A stretch of DNA of 64,000 nucleotides. It comes from Candidatus Parcubacteria bacterium. Its GTDB lineage: Bacteria; Patescibacteriota; Minisyncoccia; Phycocordibacterales; CAIJYI01. Both the position numbers and the translations under genes were made by a program. Below, in pieces: positions 1 to 9,339 of the stretch (positions are counted from its first letter, which is position 1; each line of letters starts with the position of its first letter). Below the pieces are notes generated by a model, which saw only the letters and a program-made list of their open reading frames with translations, had not been told where the DNA came from and did no database searches. Location of the stretch: assembly GCA_026395595.1 (NCBI GenBank), contig JAPLYL010000008.1, positions 56,417 to 120,416 of the forward strand, read 5' to 3'.

Positions 1-135
1 TTTTTCATATGAAATAAATAGACTTAAAATATAATCTACATTTACAGTATATCATTGATTTCAAAAAAAAAGAAAAAGGTTGGGGATAAACAGGACAACA
101 AAAGACCCCTTTCGGGGCCTTTCGAGAAACTGTTT

Positions 136-567
136 TTATTGAATTCCTGCGGGGGTAGCTGTGTGAGCTCCTGAACCAAGAGCCCCGGTTTGTCCTTCAA
201 GGCTGAAGCCAATAGTATAAGTAGTTGCCGCAGCTGCAACATAGGTGTATGCGGCTCCTCCAGGTGAAGGATTGGTCGGCAGTGGGTTCATAAAAGTAGC
301 AAAGGTATCCGACCCACAGGAGGTAGTAGTAAGAAGTCCTCCGGCCGCCCCAATAGTAGTTGCAGTAGCAATAATAGGATAACCATTCGCAGAGTCATAA
401 CATAATTCAAGCGCAGTTTGTAACGCTTTAACATCGCTTATTCTTTTCGCATCGCGGCCTTTCGCGCGAGCGCTATTAAGACCTGCCATAACGACAGTGG
501 AGAGAATCGCGATAATCGCGATAACGACGAGGAGCTCAATTAAGGTAAAACCTTTATTCTTTTTCAT
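136..567 (-). CDS. Type IV pilin / pseudopilin
   Basis: Class III signal KG|FTLIELLVVIAIIAIL; distal gene of the pil cluster. Confidence 0.9.
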   Translation of the reverse strand: MKKNKGFTLIELLVVIAIIAILSTVVMAGLNSARAKGRDAKRISDVKALQTALELCYDSANGYPIIATATTIGAAGGLLTTTSCGSDTFATFMNPLPTNPSPGGAAYTYVAAAATTYTIGFSLEGQTGALGSGAHTATPAGIQ

Positions 568-718
568 ATGAAAAACTTATAAAAAATTAATAATACTGTT
601 AATAACGACTTTTTCAGGAGAGGTTTGGAAGCACCCCTCATTTACAGGATACCATGGAAAGCATAAGAATGTACAAGCCTGGGTGTGGATAAATGACAGT
701 GATAAAAGTTCTAACGAA

Positions 719-849
719 GTGAAATAGCCACGAGACCTTGCAAAGAGGACTGCCCTCAAAAAATTCTAAGAATGTGAAATAGCCCCAAGGTCTCTCCTTT
801 CCCCGTCACTCCGCTTCGCTGCGTTCCTCCTTAAGGAAAGACCTTGCAA
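719..849. repeat. Palindromic REP/MITE-like element plus a collapsed partial copy
   Basis: GTGAAATAGCCCCAAGG...CCTCCTTAAGGAAAGACCTTGCAA (774-849); fused-ends copy at 719-743; homologous to 43690-43858 on the opposite strand. Confidence 0.65.
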
Positions 850-904
850 AGTGCGGTATGTCGTTCCTTTTTTCTTTTTTCTTGTTGCTTTTTCCTTTTC
901 TCTT

Positions 905-2110
905 TTAAGAGATATTCGCGGTAATGTTGTAGATTGGAATAAGAATGGACGCAAGGAGAAAACCGACGGCGACGGCGAGAGAAACTATCATGACAGGCTC
1001 GATCAAACCGACTAAAGTGTCTACAGCTTGCTCTGCTTCTCTTTTGTAGAAGGTGGCAAGAGTTTTGAGAATAGTAGAGAGCTCTCCTGTCTCTTCTCCG
1101 ACTTTAATCATCTGTACCATGATACTGGGGATTTCTTCTCTGTCGGAAAGAGATTCAGAAAGAGAGCTTCCCGCTTTTACTTTCTCTCCCGCCTCAACCA
1201 TGATGGCCATATAGGTAGGATCTCCGACGACTTTTCCCGCAATTTCTATGGAACGAAGCATTGGAACACCATTGGAAAGCATCGTATCAAGATTATCGGA
1301 AATGCGAGAAAGATAAGTTTTTTTGTAAAGCGTGCCAAAAAACGGGATATTAAGCTTGACTGAAGACCAGCCGTTGGCAGCTCCGGGAATACCGACTTTC
1401 CAGAAAATGACACCGGCAATGATGACAAAAATTAAGAAAAAGAATCCGTAATGAACGACAAAATCGCTCAAATTCATAACGATCTGCGTATAGAGCGGAA
1501 CAGATTGCCCTGATTCTTTCAAAACGTCAGCAAGTTTCGGAATGACAAGTACGAGCATGAGAGTCAACACACCGAAAAACGTACAAACAACAAAAGCCGG
1601 ATAGACCAAGGCATTCTTTGTTTTGGTGATAAGAGCCGATTCTCTTTCCATATAGGAAGCAAGATAGGCAAATGCTTCCGAGAGCTTTCCCGACTCCTCT
1701 CCCGATTTAATCATATTGACGTAAAAATCAGAAAAAATATCGGGATGTTTTTCAAGAGCGACAGAGAGAGATTCTCCTCCTTGGATGTCATCGGAAATTT
1801 CCCCCAATTTCTTTTGGAGCAACGGATTTTCTGTTCCTTCCGCAAGAAGACGGAAGATACGAAGAACGGAGACATGCGAATTAAAGAGAATGGATATCTG
1901 ATTGGAAAGCATTACCAGCTCTTTCAGTTTGACATGTTCAAACATTCCGGAGAATTTCGCCATGACCCCCTCGCCCCCTTCGGGGATAATGGACTCAATG
2001 ACAAATCCGCGACGCTGAAGAGAACTGATGGCGACATCAACATTTATGGCATCAATGGAACCGGTTTCTTCGGTTCCCGTCGGATTAAGAACTTTATAAG
2101 TGAAGAGCAT
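905..2110 (-). CDS. pilC: Type IV pilus inner-membrane platform protein PilC (GspF family)
   Basis: Two GspF repeats (GEESGKL, GEETGEL), ALVYP motif; start chosen at MLFTYKV (ATG 2110). Confidence 0.9.
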   Translation of the reverse strand: MLFTYKVLNPTGTEETGSIDAINVDVAISSLQRRGFVIESIIPEGGEGVMAKFSGMFEHVKLKELVMLSNQISILFNSHVSVLRIFRLLAEGTENPLLQKKLGEISDDIQGGESLSVALEKHPDIFSDFYVNMIKSGEESGKLSEAFAYLASYMERESALITKTKNALVYPAFVVCTFFGVLTLMLVLVIPKLADVLKESGQSVPLYTQIVMNLSDFVVHYGFFFLIFVIIAGVIFWKVGIPGAANGWSSVKLNIPFFGTLYKKTYLSRISDNLDTMLSNGVPMLRSIEIAGKVVGDPTYMAIMVEAGEKVKAGSSLSESLSDREEIPSIMVQMIKVGEETGELSTILKTLATFYKREAEQAVDTLVGLIEPVMIVSLAVAVGFLLASILIPIYNITANIS

Positions 2111-2187
2111 AAAATAAATTAATAGCTTAAACTTTACTGATTGAGAAATTTGAAAAAATCTGAATAAAAGAGCGGGATTTTTAAAAG

Positions 2188-2281
2188 AATTTCTAATTAC
2201 TAATTTCCAATTTCTAAAAAAATCCAAATATCAAAAAAACGAATCATTTGTTTAGAAATTAGGAATTAGATATTAGAAATT
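2188..2281. repeat. Heptamer-repeat palindrome (AATTTCT)n...(AGAAATT)n
   Basis: About four degenerate 7-mers on each arm in inverted orientation; related arrays at 57311 and 58807. Confidence 0.75.
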
Positions 2282-2283
2282 TT

Positions 2284-3351
2284 TTATAGCAGTCTTTCCA
2301 AACTTTTTGAGTTCGTGGAATAGAGAATCGCATTTTCTTGAGTAATTTCTCCGTTGTGTACCAGCTCGGCAAGGCTTCGGTTGAAGTCTATCATGCCGAA
2401 TTCGGCGCCGGTTTCAATGACGCGCGGAATTTCATGAGATCTTTTTTCGCGGATAAGATTGGAAACGGCATTGGTATTGATAAGAAGTTCGTAGGCGGGA
2501 ATTTGTCCGCCGGAAATGCGCGGAATTAAACGCTGGGAAAAGACTCCGAGCAAGCTTTCTGCCAGCTGCGCGCTAATCTGATTTTGCTGTTCGGGAGGGA
2601 AGGTATCAATGATACGATCAATGGTTTGGGTCGCGTCATTCGTATGGAGCGTGGAAAAAACAAGGTGTCCGGTCTCTGCGGCTGTAACGGCAACCGACAT
2701 AGTTTCGTGATCACGCATTTCCCCGATCATGACAACGTCTACGTCTTGGCGGAACATGGAGTACAGCCCCGTATGGAAATCCATCGTGTCGGTGTGTATT
2801 TCACGTTGGTCTATTATAGATTTTACCGGTTTAAAAAGGTATTCAACCGGGTCTTCAATAGTAAGAATATGTTCCGTTCTTTCTTGATTGATAAGTTGAA
2901 TCAATGCAGCGAGGGTGGTTGATTTTCCTTGCCCAATAGGGCCGACAACGAGGAAAAATCCTTGTTTTTTTCGAGCAAAAGTTTCCAGTATGGGAGGGAG
3001 ATTCAATTCTTCAATGTTGCGGACATATTCAGGAATAAGACGAAGCGCAATAGAAAGTATTCCTCTCTGAAAAAAAGCATTTCCGCGAAAACGGGCTTTA
3101 CTCCCATAACTATAAGAAAAATCAACTTCGTATTCTTTAAAAAGTTTCGCCTTTCGGTCATCGGTAAGCATAAGAGAAGCGAATTCAAGCATTTCTTCTT
3201 GAGTCAACGGTTCTTTTTTTACCAAAGGAACCAACTCGCCTACGGCACGAATATACGGTACGCGCCCGGCAGAAAGATGGAGGTCTGATCCGTTTTCACG
3301 GATGACCGTTAAAATAAGCTCTTCAAGTTCTCTTTTTGCGTCTAATGCCAT
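2284..3351 (-). CDS. pilT: Type IV pilus retraction ATPase PilT/PilU
   Basis: SDLHL, Walker A GPIGQGKST, TIEDPVE, GEMRD, AAETGHLVFSTLH. Confidence 0.93.
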   Translation of the reverse strand: MALDAKRELEELILTVIRENGSDLHLSAGRVPYIRAVGELVPLVKKEPLTQEEMLEFASLMLTDDRKAKLFKEYEVDFSYSYGSKARFRGNAFFQRGILSIALRLIPEYVRNIEELNLPPILETFARKKQGFFLVVGPIGQGKSTTLAALIQLINQERTEHILTIEDPVEYLFKPVKSIIDQREIHTDTMDFHTGLYSMFRQDVDVVMIGEMRDHETMSVAVTAAETGHLVFSTLHTNDATQTIDRIIDTFPPEQQNQISAQLAESLLGVFSQRLIPRISGGQIPAYELLINTNAVSNLIREKRSHEIPRVIETGAEFGMIDFNRSLAELVHNGEITQENAILYSTNSKSLERLL

Positions 3352-3360
3352 AATTTTTAT

Positions 3361-3759
3361 TTACAATTTCTTAGTTCCAAGCACTTCTAATACTTTTTTT
3401 ACTACCTCCGACGGTGTGGACATTGCTTTTATAATATATCCGTCAGCTCCAAGCGCCGCTCCTTTATCAAGGTCTTCTTTTTGCCCGAGATTTGAAAGGA
3501 CAATGATTCGCGCATTCGGCGCGAACTTTCTTTTTTTAACTTCCTCCAAAAATTCAAACCCGGTCATAACAGGCATAACAACGTCGGTGAGTATAGCGTC
3601 GGGAACGAATTCTTCTTCCAGTTTTGCCAAAGCATCCGATCCTCCAAAAACGGCGGTAACATCAAAGCCTTTTTCTTTGAATTTCGTAGCATACATATCA
3701 AGCAGAAATTTATCATCTTCCACTAGAAGTATTTTGTAGATTTTTTGATTTTCTTCCAT
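3361..3759 (-). CDS. Stand-alone response regulator receiver domain
   Basis: ILLVEDD, D-VVMP, GADGYIIK CheY-like motifs. Confidence 0.9.
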   Translation of the reverse strand: MEENQKIYKILLVEDDKFLLDMYATKFKEKGFDVTAVFGGSDALAKLEEEFVPDAILTDVVMPVMTGFEFLEEVKKRKFAPNARIIVLSNLGQKEDLDKGAALGADGYIIKAMSTPSEVVKKVLEVLGTKKL

Positions 3760-3857
3760 ATTTTTATATATCAGTAATAGTAAATTAAAGGTTTCTTTAA
3801 TTATAACAAGAAATAAGTAAAAAAGAAAAATTCACCAACAGACCCGTCAACTTTTTA

Positions 3858-5582
3858 TTAGAGAGAGTTCACTTCCATATACTCAATATCTCCATTGAAG
3901 GCCTTGATAATTGCATCTTCTTTCAATGTAATCATTCCTTTCTTGCGAGCCGCTTTGTAAAGATCCATTTCGTTTGAGCTTTTCAGTATAACGCTCTGTA
4001 TATCTAAATCTATATTGAAGAGTTCAAATACGGCAATACGACCCTTTTTCCCTGACGGACAATCAGAGGTTGGTCCCGCTTCATAAACGTGATTCGGAAT
4101 AGCTATGGAATTTCTATACTCCTCGGGAAGATCAGAAAGTTCTTTTGTCACAAGAGCTTTCATTGCCTCGGTCATCGGGATTTCTTTTTTTCCTGCCGGA
4201 CATATTTTAGGAACCAGACGTTGCCCGATGGCAAGAATAAGCGTCGGTGCGATAAGATACGGGTCAACGCCCATGTCTACCAAACGAGTAATAACGCCTG
4301 TTGAGGTATTGGTATGCAAAGTAGAAAGAACCAAGTGTCCGGTAAGGGCCGCTTGGACTGCGAGCTGCGCCGTTTCTTTGTCGCGAATTTCTCCGACCAT
4401 GATAATGTCCGGGTCTTGGCGCAAAATAGAACGCAATCCGCTGGCAAAAGTGTAACCAATCTCCGGCTGAACTTGTGACTGACTTACTCCCGGCATACTG
4501 TACTCCACAGGATCTTCAAGACTGATGACATTATCGGAATCGCGGTCAAGTTCATTCAACATGGCATAAAGCGTCGTTGATTTTCCAGAACCGGTCGGAC
4601 CAGAAAGAAGAATCATTCCATAGGGTCGGAGGATAGCTTCTTTTACGATATCAAGATGCTCTTTTTTCATCCCTAATGAAGTTAAAGTGAGCATTCCCTT
4701 TTCTGAGTCAAGAATACGAAGCACTACCTTTTCTCCGTAATAAGAAGGGAAAGTGGAAACACGAAAGTCTATTTTTCGTCCGTCAATGCGAGCGGAAAAA
4801 CGTCCATCTTGAGGTTTGCGTTTTTCATCCAACTTTAAACTGGCAAGGATTTTTATGCGAGAAACAACAGCGGGATGAACAGCTGCGGGAAGAAGAAGAC
4901 TGGTGTAAAGCGTTCCGTCTACGCGGAAACGAACGCGAATCTTTTCCCCCATGTTTTCAATATGGATATCCGAAGCATTTCCCTCTGTCGCATGGCGAAG
5001 AATAACTGCGACCATTTTTGTAACGGGGGCATCTTCAACGATTGTTTCCTGTTCGCCTTTATCTTTTGAGGCGGTTTTTGCCAAAACGACAGCCTCTTTG
5101 CTTTTCTGCTCGGCATTAACACTTCCGAGCTCAGTGAGAGCCTCTCCGACCTCTCCGCTCAAACCACTATAACTGTTTAAAATTTCTTTAAAGCCCGTTT
5201 GAGAAATGAGAAAAAGTTTGAAGGGCATTCCAACCCTGGAAGAGATAAACTGAACGGCATCGGTAGACTCCATATTTTCAGGATCAACCATTCCCACTTC
5301 AAGCACTCCGTCAGTTACCCCAACCGGAACAAATCGGTAATGTTTTGCAGATTCTTCCGGTATATATTTCAAAATCTCCCCCGTCACATGAAAATCGGTC
5401 GATACTTTAATAGGAATGTTTAAATACTCCCCTTTAAGTCTGAGGAGTACGTCTTCGTCTATCCCATTTTTTATTAAAGATTCTTCCGCGCTTCCATTGC
5501 CATCAGCAACATACTGTTCCACAACAGCAATGCTTTCCTCTGTAATTATTCCCTTTTGAGAAAGAAAGTTTAAAAAATTCAT
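3858..5582 (-). CDS. pilB: Type IV pilus assembly ATPase PilB (GspE/PulE family)
   Basis: ASDIHIE, PQDGR, GPTGSGKSTT, LRQDPDIIMVGEIRD, TGHLVLSTLH. Confidence 0.93.
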   Translation of the reverse strand: MNFLNFLSQKGIITEESIAVVEQYVADGNGSAEESLIKNGIDEDVLLRLKGEYLNIPIKVSTDFHVTGEILKYIPEESAKHYRFVPVGVTDGVLEVGMVDPENMESTDAVQFISSRVGMPFKLFLISQTGFKEILNSYSGLSGEVGEALTELGSVNAEQKSKEAVVLAKTASKDKGEQETIVEDAPVTKMVAVILRHATEGNASDIHIENMGEKIRVRFRVDGTLYTSLLLPAAVHPAVVSRIKILASLKLDEKRKPQDGRFSARIDGRKIDFRVSTFPSYYGEKVVLRILDSEKGMLTLTSLGMKKEHLDIVKEAILRPYGMILLSGPTGSGKSTTLYAMLNELDRDSDNVISLEDPVEYSMPGVSQSQVQPEIGYTFASGLRSILRQDPDIIMVGEIRDKETAQLAVQAALTGHLVLSTLHTNTSTGVITRLVDMGVDPYLIAPTLILAIGQRLVPKICPAGKKEIPMTEAMKALVTKELSDLPEEYRNSIAIPNHVYEAGPTSDCPSGKKGRIAVFELFNIDLDIQSVILKSSNEMDLYKAARKKGMITLKEDAIIKAFNGDIEYMEVNSL

Positions 5583-5676
5583 ATCATATATTGTCTGCTA
5601 TGTGTAGAAAAAAGAAGTACGCCAAACTCTGACCGCAAAAAAGTGTGAAAAACTTCTTTTTGTTAACCCCTTCCTC

Positions 5677-6096
5677 TTATATTTGAGGGGTAGATACCCC
5701 TGCTGGTGCCGGAGTGGTCGGTGGTGCAGAAACAGGAGCTTTCGTTTCCGTAGAAACCGTTCCGGCTACCCCCTCTGTTTCTGTTAAAACAGCATCTTTT
5801 CCGATAGGAGCAAAAGGATTGTTTCTTTCCCTGGGTTCTTCCGCGAGATCCACATGATAATCTTTTAAGCTTAAAAAGGTAGGATCAGAAAAAATCGTAT
5901 CATCAAGCTGAATGACATTGAGTTCTTGAAGGAGTGCGAGTATTTGATCTCCTGTTTCCGAAGGTGTGGAGGATGGTACCTCAACGGAAATAGGGCTTTC
6001 TTGAGCAAACGACCTGTTTCCAGAAATAAACAGAGCCCCAGTTACCGCGAAGGTAAAAAGACCGGTTATGAAAAATATTTTTTTAAGTTGTTTCAT
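5677..6096 (-). CDS. Exported hypothetical protein in the PilP position
   Basis: N-terminal TM/signal, RNNPFAP motif, follows pilO. Confidence 0.6.
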   Translation of the reverse strand: MKQLKKIFFITGLFTFAVTGALFISGNRSFAQESPISVEVPSSTPSETGDQILALLQELNVIQLDDTIFSDPTFLSLKDYHVDLAEEPRERNNPFAPIGKDAVLTETEGVAGTVSTETKAPVSAPPTTPAPAGVSTPQI

Positions 6097-6140
6097 TTTT
6101 ATTATTTACTTGTTCTTTTGTCGCTCTTTATTCCCCTTGC

Positions 6141-6707
6141 TTATTGTTTAAGCCAATAAGTGTCAAAAGACGTTTTGTAATTGTAAATATCTCGATCTCC
6201 TGTCCCGGAAGTTGCTCCAGAAAGGGAAATTGAAGTGATATTTATCAAGCGAAGGCTTTGTTCGAGATCTTTCACAAAAGAAATATAATCTTCGTAGGTT
6301 CCGGTAACGGAAAAATCAAGCTTGCCAGTGCCGTAAACGGATGAATCAGAAATGACCGCTTCTCCTATTGTTTGAGCGGATGGTTTTTCTTCCAAGGCAA
6401 CTCTTGCATTACTAAGCGCCATATTGTATTTTCCTGCGACTTTATCAATTTCAATGACAAGGCGGATATTATCTATGCTATCGGGAAGAAAGGCACCTAA
6501 ACGCTGAAGATTTTCCGTGGATATGCCGTTGTATTTTGCCTCAAGAGCATCGCGAAGACCCTGCGCTTCCTGAGAATTATTCAGTGCTTCGTTATATCTT
6601 GCTTTTGTGGCGCTCAATACTTGAATATCCGCATAGGTCGGAATCGTGATGAGGTAGAAAATTCCTACGGCGGAAAGCATGAGTACTATGGCGATTAAAT
6701 TCTTCAT
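6141..6707 (-). CDS. pilO: PilO-like pilus assembly protein
   Basis: N-terminal TM, LP motif, GTYEDYISFVKDLEQSLRLI; order pilM-N-O. Confidence 0.8.
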   Translation of the reverse strand: MKNLIAIVLMLSAVGIFYLITIPTYADIQVLSATKARYNEALNNSQEAQGLRDALEAKYNGISTENLQRLGAFLPDSIDNIRLVIEIDKVAGKYNMALSNARVALEEKPSAQTIGEAVISDSSVYGTGKLDFSVTGTYEDYISFVKDLEQSLRLINITSISLSGATSGTGDRDIYNYKTSFDTYWLKQ

Positions 6708-6727
6708 GAAAATTTATTTTTTAAAGA

Positions 6728-7333
6728 TTAGTTCCCGCTCTCTGGTGCGGTCAGAGAAGCTCTATATGAAATTAATGATGGGTCCATGGATCCGTTGAAA
6801 GAAAAAGTTACCGTTCCTGTGGAGGTAAGAGTCAAGTCAGAGAACAACGGATTTCTCCAATTTTTTTCTTGATTAAAAGAATCTGAAAGCAACGCGACAG
6901 AAGAATAGCTTGCTGCCTCTCCTTTCATTCTCACGCTTATATTACCGCTCGTCTCAGAAGAGAAATCAAAAGAAGTAAAACGAACCGTTTTCAAAGTAGA
7001 ACGTTGAAGGGTTTCAAACACGGGAACAACAACAGTATGAGCATCTAAAAGAGTGCGCGCTGTTTTGAGTCGCAAATCAACCCTTTTTACCGAATTGATC
7101 CATTTGGTATCAACCAACGCTTCCTTTGCCGCAATAAGATCTGCCTGTTGTCCGTCTACCTGTTTTTGAAGCAATGCCTTATACAAGAAAACACCGGCAG
7201 CGATAGCGAGCGCCATAAAGAAAATGATTATTCCAATGGACATCAGGGGGTTGATGAGAGCCCTGCTCCCCGAACCACCCTTGGTAACCAGTGTTTTTTT
7301 AGGAACAAATGATGTTCTCAGCCTTGTATCCAT
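6728..7333 (-). CDS. PilN-like pilus assembly protein
   Basis: N-terminal TM plus coiled coil; between pilM and pilO. Confidence 0.7.
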   Translation of the reverse strand: MDTRLRTSFVPKKTLVTKGGSGSRALINPLMSIGIIIFFMALAIAAGVFLYKALLQKQVDGQQADLIAAKEALVDTKWINSVKRVDLRLKTARTLLDAHTVVVPVFETLQRSTLKTVRFTSFDFSSETSGNISVRMKGEAASYSSVALLSDSFNQEKNWRNPLFSDLTLTSTGTVTFSFNGSMDPSLISYRASLTAPESGN

Positions 7334-7375
7334 GTTGCAATGTTAAAATTTAAAATACAAATTAGTTGATACGTT

Positions 7376-8509
7376 TTAGGGTAATTCCTGTAATCGTTTC
7401 AAAGCAAGACCAATAGAAACGGAAAATTCAGGACCGGCATCAGTGAGTACCGCTTGAAGAAACGCGGGAGTTTCAATTTTGGAAAATGAATCGCCGAAAA
7501 CCACTTCCGCTTCCATCCATTTTTTCGCGTGTTCAGGTAAACCTTTGAGAAGGACACCGCCGCCGGTCAGAACCACTCTGCTTACGGTTTTGTTATTTTT
7601 GTTTTGGTATCCTAATAATACTCTATTCGCTTCCGTAAAGATATAACTGACGGTGGATTCCATTATCTCAGAAGCCTTGCGCGCCTCTTCGTCTTTTCCG
7701 AGAAGGCCGATATCTCGTTTCATTTTTTCGGCTTTCGCAATACTGATGTTGAGGGCGCGAGAAAGCGCGATGGTTATTTCCTGAGAACCGCGACTGATAA
7801 TGTGCGCATTCTTAATAACGCCTTGTTCCACGAGGGCGAGTTTGGTAATACCCGCACCCATGTCTATGAACATCATCGGGGAAAGATCTCGTCCGATGGT
7901 CGCGCGAATGGAGCTGTATACTTCAATTTCAAATGTCGTTCCTTCTGTAAGTCCGATTTTTTTCACAACATCTTCATATTTGTTCAGAACTTGATTGTGT
8001 ATAGCGACGATCATCACCTGAATTTTGTCTTTTTTAGGATCACCGGTCATTAAGGCCTCTTCTTCTGCAGTCTTCGGAATAACAATCCAATCAAGAGCAA
8101 CTTCAGTAATGGGAACCGGGATATATTTTCTCGCTTCAACGGGAATCATCTGTGCGAGCTTTTCATCATCAACGACGGGAAGTTCTATCATCGTAAGCAA
8201 AGCGGAAGAGAGGGGGAGGGATACAGATCCGATTCTTGAGGTGACGTTTGCCTCGCGGAAAAGATCTTTGATGGCTTCAACGATTTTATCGGCGGGAAGG
8301 TTTGTTGCTCGTCCGACATCAAAACCGCCATAAGGGCCAAGGGCGAGTTCGCCATATGTTTCCAACACAGCGCGTCCTTGTTCTTTTCTTACCTGAACAA
8401 CCTTAATAACCGAAGATCCGATATCCAAGCCAATAACGCTCTCATTCTTTTTGAAGAGATTTTTAACGTAGGGAATTATTTGTTGAATATCAAAATTTTG
8501 AAGTGCCAT
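7376..8509 (-). CDS. pilM: Type IV pilus assembly protein PilM
   Basis: Actin-like motifs IGLDIGSS, IDMGAG, LTGGG, IGLALK. Confidence 0.92.
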   Translation of the reverse strand: MALQNFDIQQIIPYVKNLFKKNESVIGLDIGSSVIKVVQVRKEQGRAVLETYGELALGPYGGFDVGRATNLPADKIVEAIKDLFREANVTSRIGSVSLPLSSALLTMIELPVVDDEKLAQMIPVEARKYIPVPITEVALDWIVIPKTAEEEALMTGDPKKDKIQVMIVAIHNQVLNKYEDVVKKIGLTEGTTFEIEVYSSIRATIGRDLSPMMFIDMGAGITKLALVEQGVIKNAHIISRGSQEITIALSRALNISIAKAEKMKRDIGLLGKDEEARKASEIMESTVSYIFTEANRVLLGYQNKNNKTVSRVVLTGGGVLLKGLPEHAKKWMEAEVVFGDSFSKIETPAFLQAVLTDAGPEFSVSIGLALKRLQELP

Positions 8510-8564
8510 GCGTATAACAATTTATGGACAGAAACTGTATTTTTATTATACCATAAAAACAATT

Positions 8565-9296
8565 ATGCATTATAGGGAAAAGTCTCATTTATCCACAACT
8601 TCCATTTCTTGGTTGCAAAATACAGCAAAGGTATTCTATGATTTTATTCTTGATCTTTTTTTTCCAAGAAATTGCATTCTCTGCAAGAAAGACGGGGTCT
8701 TTTTTTGCGCGTCATGCAGAGGTAAAATGCCGATTGATACCACTCCGATGATCAATCATACTTTTTCTCTCTGGAGATACGACCATGAAACCGTACGGAA
8801 AGCGCTCTGGGAATTAAAATACCGCGGAAAACGCGGTTTAGCCCGAGACCTCGCGGAATCGCTCTACGACAAAATTCTTGAAACCCTCTCCGAAGAGGAA
8901 CTTTTCCAAAACCCTGCGGGAAAAGAAGAATGCTCAGACAGGTATATGGTCGTCCCCGTTCCCATTCACAAGAAGAGGAGAAAAGAACGAGGATATAATC
9001 AATCCGAACTTCTTGCCAAAGAACTTTCTTTATTAAACCACTCCCTTTTTATTCTTGAAAATAAAGTACTTCTCAAAACAAAAGCAACGCCGAGTCAGGT
9101 TTCCGTCAAAGACCGAGAAAAACGCCTGAAAAATATCAAAGGTTCTTTCACGATAAAAAATCCGGAAAAAATAATCGAGAAAAAAGTGCTCATTGTAGAT
9201 GATATCACCACCACGGGAGCCACCCTTTCTGAAGCACGACGATTATTAATAAAGTCCGGAGCAAAAAAAGTCTGGTGCGTGACGGTAGCGCATTAA
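8565..9296 (+). CDS. comF: Competence protein ComF (phosphoribosyltransferase fold)
   Basis: CxxC...CxxC zinc finger, RGYNQS, IVDDITTTGATL; start uncertain. Confidence 0.88.
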   Translation: MHYREKSHLSTTSISWLQNTAKVFYDFILDLFFPRNCILCKKDGVFFCASCRGKMPIDTTPMINHTFSLWRYDHETVRKALWELKYRGKRGLARDLAESLYDKILETLSEEELFQNPAGKEECSDRYMVVPVPIHKKRRKERGYNQSELLAKELSLLNHSLFILENKVLLKTKATPSQVSVKDREKRLKNIKGSFTIKNPEKIIEKKVLIVDDITTTGATLSEARRLLIKSGAKKVWCVTVAH

Positions 9297-9297
9297 C

Positions 9298-9327
9298 CAA
9301 AAAAATAACCCTTTCGGGTTATTTTTG
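9298..9327. terminator. Bidirectional intrinsic terminator
   Basis: AAAAATAACCC-TTTC-GGGTTATTTTT between convergent genes. Confidence 0.75.
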
Positions 9328-9339
9328 TAAGCGCTGAAT

